From positions 84,193 through 148,192 of the forward strand of contig CAMTWO010000013.1 in assembly GCA_947085405.1 (NCBI GenBank): a DNA stretch of 64,000 nucleotides. Reading direction: 5' to 3'. Shown piece by piece: positions 29,857-38,958 of the stretch. Numbering within the stretch: the stretch's first letter is position 1; each line of letters begins with the position of its first letter. The stretch is from an uncultured Ignavibacteriota bacterium. Its GTDB lineage: Bacteria; Bacteroidota; Ignavibacteria; UBA10030; BY39. The position numbers were made by a program, and so were the translations under genes. A model generated the notes under the pieces. That model was not told the origin of the DNA, made no database searches, and was given only the letters and a program-made list of their open reading frames with translations.

Positions 29857-30906
29857 GTGGAGACTATGGAAAAAGAAAAAACGACAAAATCATCCGCCAC
29901 AGGCGGAGAAGAAAAATCAACTGAGAAGATGGAATATCCAATCATCGGTAAGAGCAGGGCAGTTGAACAACTTCTCAAACAAATTTCCCGGCTTTCCAAA
30001 ACGAGACGCGATATTATTATTGTTGGTGAACCGGGTGTGGGTAAAGGGGCAATAGCCAAGAATATTTATGCACTGTGTAAACAGGATGATGAGCAATTGC
30101 CTTTTGCTTCTTTGAATTTGTCTGTCCTTGATGACAGAGAATTAGAAGCGGTGCTCTTTGGTTTCGATGCAGGAACTAAGGGTGTTGGAATGACAACGAG
30201 CAAGCGCGGGCTTTTTGAGATTGCAAATCACGGAACAGTGTTAATCGAAGAAATTGAAGAAGCAAGTTTCCGTAACCAGATGAAAATTTTGTCTTTTATG
30301 AACGAAAGGGTTACAAGGCGCCAGGGCAGTACTCATGCTGAACCGGTTGATATCCGCCTGATTATTACTATGAAAGCTTCGCCGAAAGAGTTATTTGAGA
30401 GACATAAAATATTAGAAGGATTGCTCAATAAATTTTCTGAATTTGAAAAAATCGATGTAGCTCCGTTACGCGAACGTCCTGAAGATATTCCAGTTTTAGT
30501 GAAGTATTATACGAATGAAATTTGCCAGGAACTTGGTATCGGCGATTTGGCTATCGATGTTAACGCCATTGAAGTTTTAGTAAGACAACCGTGGAAAGAA
30601 AATATCCGAGAGCTGAAAGCTGTAATAGATAAATCGGTACTCTTCTCAAGCGGTGGAAGATTTACACTACCTCAGGAACTCTTAGATGAGAAAACTGAAG
30701 TCGTTAAAATGCTCAACAATATCGAGAGCGATCAAGAATTTATACTCGATAATTCTTTGGATGTTATAGAAAAAGGAATTATCGAACGGGCACTCGGAAA
30801 ATTCGGTTTTAACCAATCGAAAGCGGCTCATTTTTTAGGTATGACCGAACAAACTCTCCGGTATAAACTAAAAAGATTGGGTGTTCCGAGCTCGCGGATA
30901 CGCTAA
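29857..30906 (+). CDS. Sigma54-interaction-domain AAA+ transcriptional regulator (PspF-like, no receiver domain)
   Basis: 349 aa with a Walker A (IIVGEPGVGKGAIAKNIY), the bEBP AAA+ core, and a C-terminal Fis-type HTH (QSKAAHFLGMTEQTLRYKLKRLG). The GAFTGA loop is degenerate (FGFDAGTKG). Confidence 0.65.
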   Translation: METMEKEKTTKSSATGGEEKSTEKMEYPIIGKSRAVEQLLKQISRLSKTRRDIIIVGEPGVGKGAIAKNIYALCKQDDEQLPFASLNLSVLDDRELEAVLFGFDAGTKGVGMTTSKRGLFEIANHGTVLIEEIEEASFRNQMKILSFMNERVTRRQGSTHAEPVDIRLIITMKASPKELFERHKILEGLLNKFSEFEKIDVAPLRERPEDIPVLVKYYTNEICQELGIGDLAIDVNAIEVLVRQPWKENIRELKAVIDKSVLFSSGGRFTLPQELLDEKTEVVKMLNNIESDQEFILDNSLDVIEKGIIERALGKFGFNQSKAAHFLGMTEQTLRYKLKRLGVPSSRIR

Positions 30907-30922
30907 TACGATCGTAAATTTA

Positions 30923-30950
30923 AGAAGCCCTTTCACCGAAAGGGCTTCTT
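30923..30950. terminator. Bidirectional terminator hairpin between convergent genes
   Basis: Perfect stem AAGAAGCCCTTTC-ACCG-GAAAGGGCTTCTT. Confidence 0.55.
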
Positions 30951-30953
30951 AGT

Positions 30954-32054
30954 TTATAGCGATCTTTCTTTCCAAATAATTTTTTTCGTGAGGATTGCAG
31001 CGAACGGGAGAAACATCGAGTAGATAAAAAGATATACCTCGAAAGCAAAAAAGTATTTCATATATTTTTTTATCTTTAATTTGTGTAAAGCATAAGTCAA
31101 GAATAAACTGTCTATTGCTAATTTTGATATTAATGCAAGCATCCAGAGCGGCGGCGAAATAAATAAAGCACCAGCCATAATTAATATATTGAAAGCGAAC
31201 GGCAGACTAAAAACTACGAAACCCATTGTTACCATATCTAAACCTCCTACCCCCCAACGCTGTTTTTGTCGGAATAAATTCTTCCACGTCGGACATGCTA
31301 AACTTGTAACCAAAGTTTTCTCATCCAATGGAAAAACCATCTTACTTTTGTTTTTCTGAACTATCGCTTGTGTGAGTGCATAATCTTCTGTAACGCTAAA
31401 CGGAATAACCCGGTAGCCGCCGGTTTGTTCATAATCCTTTCTACGAACTGCTAAATTGTTACCGACACCCGTCAAAGGAAAACCTAACGTTGCAGCCGCT
31501 GAACCTACACTAAATAAATATATCCAATCTAACGACTGTATTCCCTCGAACGTGTTGTTTGCATCTAAAATTGTAAAACCGCCGACCACCCCCACTTGAT
31601 TCTGAAAATAACGAACGGTCTGTTTAACCCAGTTTTTAGGTAAAACGCAATCAGCATCGGTAAATAGGATGAACTCATTTTTCGAAGCTTCGATTCCTTG
31701 TGTAACCGCATTAACTTTGCCGATTAAGTTTCCTGTGTCCGGTGTAGAGTTTATCAACTTAAAGTGTGGATAATTAATGATGTGGTCGTTAATAATTTTT
31801 TCAGTTCTATCAGTTGATTGATCATTTACGACAATGATTTCCAATTTTTCCGCGGGATAATTTAATTTTGATAAGGATTCTAAGCAGGGTTTAATTGAAT
31901 GTTCTTCGTTACGTGCAGCCACAATTATTGTAACTGATGGTTCAAATTCGTCATTATGTTTGGTTTTAGTCGATTTAACTAATCCAACTAATAAAATTAT
32001 AAATTCAATAATCAATAACGAAGTAACAACGATCAATAAATATTCAACAATCAT
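30954..32054 (-). CDS. Processive membrane glycosyltransferase family 2 (QxxRW type)
   Basis: 366 aa with N- and C-terminal TM helices, a GT2 core (TIIVAARNEE..., DAD) and a QKQRWGVGG motif. Confidence 0.75.
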   Translation of the reverse strand: MIVEYLLIVVTSLLIIEFIILLVGLVKSTKTKHNDEFEPSVTIIVAARNEEHSIKPCLESLSKLNYPAEKLEIIVVNDQSTDRTEKIINDHIINYPHFKLINSTPDTGNLIGKVNAVTQGIEASKNEFILFTDADCVLPKNWVKQTVRYFQNQVGVVGGFTILDANNTFEGIQSLDWIYLFSVGSAAATLGFPLTGVGNNLAVRRKDYEQTGGYRVIPFSVTEDYALTQAIVQKNKSKMVFPLDEKTLVTSLACPTWKNLFRQKQRWGVGGLDMVTMGFVVFSLPFAFNILIMAGALFISPPLWMLALISKLAIDSLFLTYALHKLKIKKYMKYFFAFEVYLFIYSMFLPFAAILTKKIIWKERSL

Positions 32055-32123
32055 GTTTGCTTTAACGCTCTATTTCTTTTATATTTTCAAAAACTTCTTG
32101 CGTAATATATAAAAGGTATTATT

Positions 32124-32771
32124 ATGAATCAACCTCTGATAATCGGAATTGCCGGCGGCACCGGATCTGGTAAAACTACAGTAACATATAAAATTTTAGA
32201 GCGTCTCGATATTTCGAAAGTTGCTGTTATCGAGCACGATGCCTATTATAAAGATATCACATCATTCAATGGTCGCCAGCCATCTGAAATAAATTTCGAC
32301 CATCCTGACGCACTTGAATCACGTTTATTAATTGAACATCTACATAAACTTAAAAAAGGAGAAACAATACATCATCCTATTTATGATTTTAAAACATATA
32401 CTCGCTTGAAAGATTCGATTGTTATTCCTCCCCGCAATATTATAATTATAGAGGGAATATTAATCTTTGCCGAAAAAGAACTCCGCGATTTAATGGATAT
32501 TAAAATTTATGTTGATACAGATGCAGATGAGAGGTTATTAAGAAGGTTGCGGCGCGACTTGATTGAGCGGGGGAGGAATATCGAATCAATAATTATCCAA
32601 TACAATTCTACAGTAAAACCGATGCATCTCGAATTTGTGGAGCCGAGTAAGCGTTGGGCTGACGTGATAATACCAAAGGGGGGCGAAAATAAAGTTGCAA
32701 TCGATATGGTCGCTGCAAAAATTAAAGAGATGCTGCGAACCATTGACCTGTTAGCTAAAGAGATTCCTTGA
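32124..32771 (+). CDS. udk: Uridine kinase
   Basis: 215 aa with a P-loop (IGIAGGTGSGKTT) and uridine kinase family motifs. Confidence 0.9.
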   Translation: MNQPLIIGIAGGTGSGKTTVTYKILERLDISKVAVIEHDAYYKDITSFNGRQPSEINFDHPDALESRLLIEHLHKLKKGETIHHPIYDFKTYTRLKDSIVIPPRNIIIIEGILIFAEKELRDLMDIKIYVDTDADERLLRRLRRDLIERGRNIESIIIQYNSTVKPMHLEFVEPSKRWADVIIPKGGENKVAIDMVAAKIKEMLRTIDLLAKEIP

Positions 32772-32833
32772 CTATCTACGCTAAAATTGGTATATTTTTA
32801 CAACTTTTTTGAAAATATACTCAAACACAAACT

Positions 32834-34093
32834 ATGAAAAAAAACACTCCATCTGTTTATAAAAAAACAACTTTAGATAATGGTATTCGCATAATCACAG
32901 AAACAATTCCTTACGTTCATTCTGTTTCTGTCGGATTTTGGGTCAATACAGGTTCCCGCGATGAATCGCCTCGTGTAAACGGTATCTCTCATTTTATCGA
33001 GCACATGGCGTTTAAGGGGACGAATAAATATTCTTCGGCACAAATCGCAAAACAGATCGAAGGTTACGGCGGTTACTTAAATGCGTTCACAGGTAAAGAA
33101 GCTACATGTTACTATTCAAAAATTTTAGATGAGCATGTTCCCAGAACTGTAGATGTTTTATCGGAACTGGTTTTTAACCCTAAATTAAAAATTGAAGACA
33201 TCGAAAAAGAAAAAATGGTGGTCTTAGAGGAGATAAAAAACATCGAAGACGACCCGGAAGAATTTATACACGACTATTTTGATGAGGTTCTTTTCCAAAA
33301 TCACTCTGCTGGAAATCCTGTAATCGGGACTGCCAAGAATGTTCGCGAGTTTCAGAAGGATGATATAATTCAATATCTGAAAACACACTATCGACCTGAG
33401 AATATAATTGTTGCCGCAGCCGGAAATATCCAGCACGACAAATTAGTAAGTTTAGTAGAAAAAACTTCTTCTGCTCTCAAACCTGAAAAACATTCTACCT
33501 ATCAAAGAAAATCTTCAACCATCAAACGTAAACATAACTTGATTCGGCAAGATAAACCGATTCAACAGGCTCATATCTGTTTAGGAAATATTAGTTATAG
33601 CATAAAAAGCAAGTTCCGGTATCCACTCGTTATTATGAACACTTTGATTGGTGAGGGGATGAGTTCTCGTTTGTTTCAGAACATCAGAGAGAAATACGGT
33701 TTCTCTTATTCAATCGGCTCGTTCCTTAATATGTTGAGCGATATAGGAAGTTTTGGCGTATATTCAGGAACCGATAAAAAAAATATACAAAAGTCGATTG
33801 ATTTGATTTTCAAAGAGTTTGATAATTTGAAAAAAAACCCGGTTAAAATTTCAGAACTCGAACGTGTTAAATCGCAAGTCAAAGGAACCATTATGCTCAG
33901 TCTCGAAAGTATGTCGAGCAGGATGATGCGTTTAGCCACAAGCGAAATTTATTTCAACGAATATTTCACACTCGAATCTATTATCAAGCAACTTGATGCA
34001 GTTACCTCGGACGATGTAATGGAAGTTGCACATAAAATATTGAACAGGGAAAAATTTTCTGTTGTCATTTTTTCACCTCTTAATTCGAAATAG
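32834..34093 (+). CDS. M16 family zinc peptidase (insulinase-like)
   Basis: 419 aa with the inverted zinc motif HFIEH (HxxEH) near the N-terminus. Confidence 0.85.
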   Translation: MKKNTPSVYKKTTLDNGIRIITETIPYVHSVSVGFWVNTGSRDESPRVNGISHFIEHMAFKGTNKYSSAQIAKQIEGYGGYLNAFTGKEATCYYSKILDEHVPRTVDVLSELVFNPKLKIEDIEKEKMVVLEEIKNIEDDPEEFIHDYFDEVLFQNHSAGNPVIGTAKNVREFQKDDIIQYLKTHYRPENIIVAAAGNIQHDKLVSLVEKTSSALKPEKHSTYQRKSSTIKRKHNLIRQDKPIQQAHICLGNISYSIKSKFRYPLVIMNTLIGEGMSSRLFQNIREKYGFSYSIGSFLNMLSDIGSFGVYSGTDKKNIQKSIDLIFKEFDNLKKNPVKISELERVKSQVKGTIMLSLESMSSRMMRLATSEIYFNEYFTLESIIKQLDAVTSDDVMEVAHKILNREKFSVVIFSPLNSK

Positions 34094-34094
34094 A

Positions 34095-35294
34095 ATGCTT
34101 ACAAAACCGAACATATCAACACGAGCACAAACAATGCAAGCTTCACCCTTGCGAAAACTTGCCGCAACTGCTGAAGCCCGGAAAAAGCAGGGAATTAAAG
34201 TCCATCATTTAAACATCGGACAACCCGACCTGCCAACGGCTCCAATCGTTTACGAAACAATACATAACATCGGGCAGCCTACGCTTGCTTACGCTCCTTC
34301 TGCAGGATTAAATCCCACGCTCACTGCCTGGAAAAATTATTTCCAGCACGTAGGCATCGAATTTAACGAAAGCGAAATTGTTGTAACATCGGGTGGTTCT
34401 GAAGCTATAATTTTTGCAATGTGTGCTGTTTGTGATAATCAAGATGAAATCATCGTATTCGAGCCGTTCTACACTAACTACAACGGTTTTGCAACAATCG
34501 CCAATGTGCATTTACAGCCCGTTCCGCTTTCGATAGCAAACGGTTTTCATCTTCCGGCAACTGAAGAAATTGAAAAACATATTAACGGAAAAACGAAAGC
34601 AATTTTAATAACCAATCCATCTAATCCAACAGGCACAATTTATTCGAGAGATGAATTACAACGAATTGTAGATTTGGCAAAGAAGCATAACCTGTTTCTG
34701 ATGTCGGACGAAGTTTACCGTGAATTCAACTTCGATGCTGAGTTCATCAGCGTAATGAGTTTTCCCGAAATACGCAATCAAGTTATTCTATTGGATAGCT
34801 GTTCGAAACGGTTTAATGTTTGCGGCGCCCGCATCGGTGTGATTGCAAGCCATAATGCTGAAGTGATTCATGCCGCTTTCAAATTCGGAATGGCTCGCCT
34901 CTCTGTTGCAACAATCGAGCAGCTTGCAGTTGTTCCGCTGCTGAATTCTCCCGACCAATATGTAAAACCGATAGTTGAAGAATTCCGAAAGCGTCGTGAT
35001 GTTGTTTACGAAACTTTGAAAACGATTCCCGGTGTTACTTACTACAAACCTGAAGGCGCCTTTTATATCGTTATTGGTTTACCTGTTACCGATTCAGATG
35101 ATTTTGCAAGATGGTTGATTGAAGAATTCGAGCACAACAAAGAAACTGTTTTAATCGCTCCAGCTCAGGGTTTTTATGCTACACCCGGTAAAGGTATGAA
35201 CGAAGTGCGGCTCGCTTTCACTTTAAATTTGGATGAGTTGCGCCGGTCGTTAGAAATTATAAAGTTTGCCCTCGAAGCTTACAATAAAAAATAG
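34095..35294 (+). CDS. PLP-dependent aminotransferase class I/II (aspartate/aromatic aminotransferase-like)
   Basis: About 399 aa from the ATG directly after the upstream stop. The fold-type I pattern and the SKRFNVCGARIG lysine region are present. Confidence 0.8.
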   Translation: MLTKPNISTRAQTMQASPLRKLAATAEARKKQGIKVHHLNIGQPDLPTAPIVYETIHNIGQPTLAYAPSAGLNPTLTAWKNYFQHVGIEFNESEIVVTSGGSEAIIFAMCAVCDNQDEIIVFEPFYTNYNGFATIANVHLQPVPLSIANGFHLPATEEIEKHINGKTKAILITNPSNPTGTIYSRDELQRIVDLAKKHNLFLMSDEVYREFNFDAEFISVMSFPEIRNQVILLDSCSKRFNVCGARIGVIASHNAEVIHAAFKFGMARLSVATIEQLAVVPLLNSPDQYVKPIVEEFRKRRDVVYETLKTIPGVTYYKPEGAFYIVIGLPVTDSDDFARWLIEEFEHNKETVLIAPAQGFYATPGKGMNEVRLAFTLNLDELRRSLEIIKFALEAYNKK

Positions 35295-35305
35295 AAAAAG
35301 TATTT

Positions 35306-36997
35306 ATGGTAAAAATAAAAATAAACGGAAACGAATACCAAGCCGATCCCTCAAAAACCATTATCGAAGCCGCACGTGAGAACGGAATTTCAATTCCATA
35401 TTTTTGCTGGCATCCACGGCTTTCGGTGTCGGGCAACTGCCGAATGTGTCTTGTGGAAGTGGAGAAATCTCCCAAACTTGTTATTGCCTGCGCTACAAAA
35501 GTTGCCGATGGTATGGTAATCAACACGAAGAATGAGCGGGTAGAAAAAGCCCAGAATGCTGTGATGGAGTTTATCCTGATTAATCATCCACTCGATTGCC
35601 CTATCTGTGATGAAGCTGGGGAATGTAAACTTCAGGATTATTCATACAAATACGACAAAGGTGTTTCCCGTTTCGAAGAAGAAAAAGTTCGCAAGCCGAA
35701 GCGAGTGGAACTCGGACCGAATGTGATGTTGGATGTTGAACGCTGTATAATGTGTTCGCGCTGTGTTCGCTTTTGCGATGAGATTGCAGGTAAACCTCAG
35801 TTAGTTTTTACTAACCGCAACGATCACGTGGAACTTACAACCGCACCGGGCGAACAATTGGACAATCCGTATTCGATGAACGTTATTGAACTTTGTCCGG
35901 TCGGTGCACTTACGAGCCGCGATTTCCGTTTCAAAGCCCGTGTCTGGGAAATGTCGTCAACCGAAAGCATTTGCCGCGGATGTGCACGCGGATGTAATAT
36001 GAATATCTGGGTTCGCAACAACGAGATATTACGACTGACTCCACGTTTAAATCCCGAAGTTAATGACTACTGGATGTGCGATAATGGACGGCTTAACACA
36101 TTCAAGTATGTGAATTCCGACCAACGAATTAAATCGCCGATGATGATGAAGGATGGTGAGGTAGTAGAAACAAGTTGGGAAGAAGGGATTGCATATTTAG
36201 TACACAAAATTCAGAATTTTAAGAAAAACGAAATTGCGGGTATCGGTTCACCTTTTGCGACTAATGAAGATAATTATGTTTTTGCGAAATTTATGAAGCA
36301 GATTATTGGAACACCTCACGTCGATTTTTCGCGTCACATTGTAGAAGGTGACGAAGATAACTTATTAATCAGAAACGATAAAACTCCGAATTCGTTAGGC
36401 GCAATGGAAGTAGGCGTTTATCCGTCTGAGAAAGGTTATAACTTCCAACAAATTTTAAAAGCAATTGAATCGAAAGAATTGAAGTGCATTTACGTTTTGT
36501 GCGACGACATTGGGGTAACCCCCGAAGTTCGCGATGCTTTATCAAAAGTAGATTTTCTCATTGTTCATAGCCCAATTAAAAATTCACTCACAGCTATTGC
36601 CGATATAGTTTTCCCGACTGCGACTTATGCTGAAAAGAATGGCACCTTCACCAATTTTCAAGGGAGGGTTCAACGGATACGTCCTGCTATTGCAACTGCA
36701 GAAATGGATCGTTCGTCCGATGGAATGTCGCTCAGCCGATGGGATAAATTCGGTGCCCAAAATGATAGATGGAATAAAGGAAACAAGCACGATGTCCGTC
36801 CGACTTGGAGGATTCTTAGCAGCATTGCAAATGCTATAAATCCGAAGTTCCGTTATAATTCGGCAGAAGAAATATTCAACGAAATTTCTTCAACTATCGA
36901 TTCATTTAAAGGTTTATCATATCTTAAGATTGGCAGCAAAGGTGCGGCTCTTAATAAAAAACCAATCACTGAAAAGAAATCAATAAAAGTATCATAA
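35306..36997 (+). CDS. nuoG: NADH-quinone oxidoreductase subunit G (75 kDa Fe-S subunit, short form)
   Basis: 563 aa with a 2Fe-2S N-terminus (C..C..C..C), the His-ligated cluster motif HPLDCPICDEAGEC, a 4Fe-4S motif CIMCSRCVRFC, and a molybdopterin-like C-terminal domain. Confidence 0.85.
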   Translation: MVKIKINGNEYQADPSKTIIEAARENGISIPYFCWHPRLSVSGNCRMCLVEVEKSPKLVIACATKVADGMVINTKNERVEKAQNAVMEFILINHPLDCPICDEAGECKLQDYSYKYDKGVSRFEEEKVRKPKRVELGPNVMLDVERCIMCSRCVRFCDEIAGKPQLVFTNRNDHVELTTAPGEQLDNPYSMNVIELCPVGALTSRDFRFKARVWEMSSTESICRGCARGCNMNIWVRNNEILRLTPRLNPEVNDYWMCDNGRLNTFKYVNSDQRIKSPMMMKDGEVVETSWEEGIAYLVHKIQNFKKNEIAGIGSPFATNEDNYVFAKFMKQIIGTPHVDFSRHIVEGDEDNLLIRNDKTPNSLGAMEVGVYPSEKGYNFQQILKAIESKELKCIYVLCDDIGVTPEVRDALSKVDFLIVHSPIKNSLTAIADIVFPTATYAEKNGTFTNFQGRVQRIRPAIATAEMDRSSDGMSLSRWDKFGAQNDRWNKGNKHDVRPTWRILSSIANAINPKFRYNSAEEIFNEISSTIDSFKGLSYLKIGSKGAALNKKPITEKKSIKVS

Positions 36998-36998
36998 T

Positions 36999-38015
36999 AT
37001 GGAAATATTAATTTCTCTTATCAAAATTTTAGTTGTCATGCTGGTGTTACTCACATGCGTTGCCTATCTTGTGTTGGTCGAACGCCGGGTTTCAGCATTC
37101 ATCCAAAATCGCATCGGTCCAAACCGCGTCGGTTACAAAGGATTATTGCAGCCCGTAGCCGATGTTATCAAATTATTCATCAAGGAAGATATTGTCCCGA
37201 AATTAGCCAACAAACCTCTACACCGACTTGCTCCTATAATTGCAATTGTTGTTGCACTTTCCACAATTGCTGTAGTTCCGTTCGGCGACAAAATTAATCT
37301 TTTCGGATACGAAATTAAACTTCAAATTGCATCTGTCAATATCGGAATTCTATACGCTCTTGCCTTAACTGGTTTAGGCGTTTATGGAATCGCTATAGCG
37401 GGTTGGGCTTCCAATAATAAATATTCACTATTAGGTGGGCTGCGTTCGTCAGCACAAATAATCAGCTACGAACTTTCGATGGGCATATCAATCGTCGGTG
37501 TAATTTTAGTTACAGGCACTTTAGAACTCGATAAAATTGTGGAATTCCAACATGGCTGGCGATGGTTGATTCTATTGCAGCCAATCGGGTTCATAACTTT
37601 TTTTGTTGCTGTTTTTGCTGAAACAAACCGGTTACCATTCGATCTTCCCGAAGCTGAACCCGAATTAGTCGGCGGCTACCACACAGAATACACCGGATTG
37701 AAATTCGGATTATTTTTCTTAGCCGAGTATGCAAATATGATTACAGGCAGCGCCATAGTTGTAACGCTTTATTTAGGGGGCTGGCAATTTCCGTATCTGC
37801 AATCTTTCGGGCTGCCTGAATTTTGGACGAGTATAATTCAAGTAGGAACATTCGCAGCGAAGGTCGGAGCAGTTTTACTGTTTATGATAATAATTCGTTG
37901 GACTGTTCCACGTTTTCGTTACGATCAATTAATGGATTTAGGTTGGAAATTTATGTTACCCCTTTCTATCGCTAATGTTATCGTAACAGCATTTATAATT
38001 TATTTATTCGAATAA
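36999..38015 (+). CDS. nuoH: NADH-quinone oxidoreductase subunit H
   Basis: 338 aa polytopic protein with conserved NuoH/ND1 motifs ([20 protein letters not shown]). Confidence 0.95.
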   Translation: MEILISLIKILVVMLVLLTCVAYLVLVERRVSAFIQNRIGPNRVGYKGLLQPVADVIKLFIKEDIVPKLANKPLHRLAPIIAIVVALSTIAVVPFGDKINLFGYEIKLQIASVNIGILYALALTGLGVYGIAIAGWASNNKYSLLGGLRSSAQIISYELSMGISIVGVILVTGTLELDKIVEFQHGWRWLILLQPIGFITFFVAVFAETNRLPFDLPEAEPELVGGYHTEYTGLKFGLFFLAEYANMITGSAIVVTLYLGGWQFPYLQSFGLPEFWTSIIQVGTFAAKVGAVLLFMIIIRWTVPRFRYDQLMDLGWKFMLPLSIANVIVTAFIIYLFE

Positions 38016-38019
38016 AACT

Positions 38020-38517
38020 ATGGCACAAACTAAAATTACTCACACAAGTGATTTATCATTTTGGCAGAAACTCTACATTCCGGAAATTGTAAAAGGTATG
38101 AAGATTACGATACGGCAGATGTTTCTTCCAAAATTCACACGCCAATATCCTGAAGAGAGATGGAATCCGCCAGCTTCGTTCCGCGGAAGTCCGGTTTTAG
38201 TTGAAGAAAATGGCAAGGAACGCTGCGTCGCATGCGGTCTATGTTCACGCGTATGCCCTGCTTTAGCTATCGAAGTTCAGGCATCTGAAACAGAATTGGA
38301 TAAAGAACGCTATCCCGTGAAATTCGAAATTAATATGCTTCGCTGTATCTTCTGCGGGCTTTGCGAAGAAGCATGCCCTGAAGAAGCAATAGTGATGAGC
38401 AAAGAATATGAATTAACTTTCAATAATCAGGAGGAAGCGATTTTTGGAAAAGATAAACTCCTTATTTCAAAAGAAAATTTAAAAGAACGATTGGAATACT
38501 TACGGCAGTATAGATAG
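38020..38517 (+). CDS. nuoI: NADH-quinone oxidoreductase subunit I
   Basis: 165 aa with two 4Fe-4S motifs ([24 protein letters not shown]). Confidence 0.9.
   Translation: MAQTKITHTSDLSFWQKLYIPEIVKGMKITIRQMFLPKFTRQYPEERWNPPASFRGSPVLVEENGKERCVACGLCSRVCPALAIEVQASETELDKERYPVKFEINMLRCIFCGLCEEACPEEAIVMSKEYELTFNNQEEAIFGKDKLLISKENLKERLEYLRQYR
38446..38480. repeat. Direct repeat copy A (inside the nuoI 3' end)
   Basis: GGAAAAGATAAACTCCTTATTTCAAAAGAAAATTTA recurs almost identically at 38753-38789, immediately after the HicB-like gene. Confidence 0.7.
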
Positions 38518-38537
38518 TATAGATTGAGAGAGTTGTT

Positions 38538-38753
38538 ATGAATTCAAAATATGAAGTAATTATATATTGGAGTGAAGAAGACTCTATTTTTATAGCGGAA
38601 GTCCCAGAATTACACGGATGCATGGCGCACGGTAACACTCATGAAGAAGCCCTTCAACAAGCGAAAGAGGCGATAGATCTATGGATAGATACCGCTAAAG
38701 AATTTGGTGATACGATCCCCCAACCCAAAGGACGTAGATTAGTATTTGCATAG
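38538..38753 (+). CDS. HicB-like antitoxin (UPF0150 family) with no detectable HicA partner
   Basis: 71 aa with the HicB/RNase-H-like fold signature (YEVIIYWSEEDSIFIAEVPELHGCMAHGNTHEEALQQAKEAIDLWI). Confidence 0.6.
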   Translation: MNSKYEVIIYWSEEDSIFIAEVPELHGCMAHGNTHEEALQQAKEAIDLWIDTAKEFGDTIPQPKGRRLVFA

Positions 38754-38789
38754 GAAAAAGATAAACTCCTTATTTCAAAAGATAATTAG
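38753..38789. repeat. Direct repeat copy B (duplicate of the nuoI 3' end segment)
   Basis: It contains a 28-bp identical core, GAAAAGATAAACTCCTTATTTCAAAAGA. Confidence 0.7.
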
Positions 38790-38958
38790 AAATACTATAC
38801 GCTTACGATTTCAATAAATCAAAATATATGTGTTCTGTGTGAGCAGTTCGCCGTGGGCGAATTGAAACTCACGTCATTGATAGAAAAGAGCAACAGTTGG
38901 AGACGTGTTTCCTATTCCGATGGTTGCTTTCAAAATATTCGCTTTCGGAGGGAGGGGA

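Noticed and set aside
38446-38789. The ~35-bp direct repeats flanking the HicB gene, considered as an IS-element target-site duplication.
   Set aside because: No transposase or terminal inverted repeats lie between the copies, and 35 bp exceeds typical target-site duplication lengths. It is kept as an insertion or duplication footprint but is not called a mobile element.
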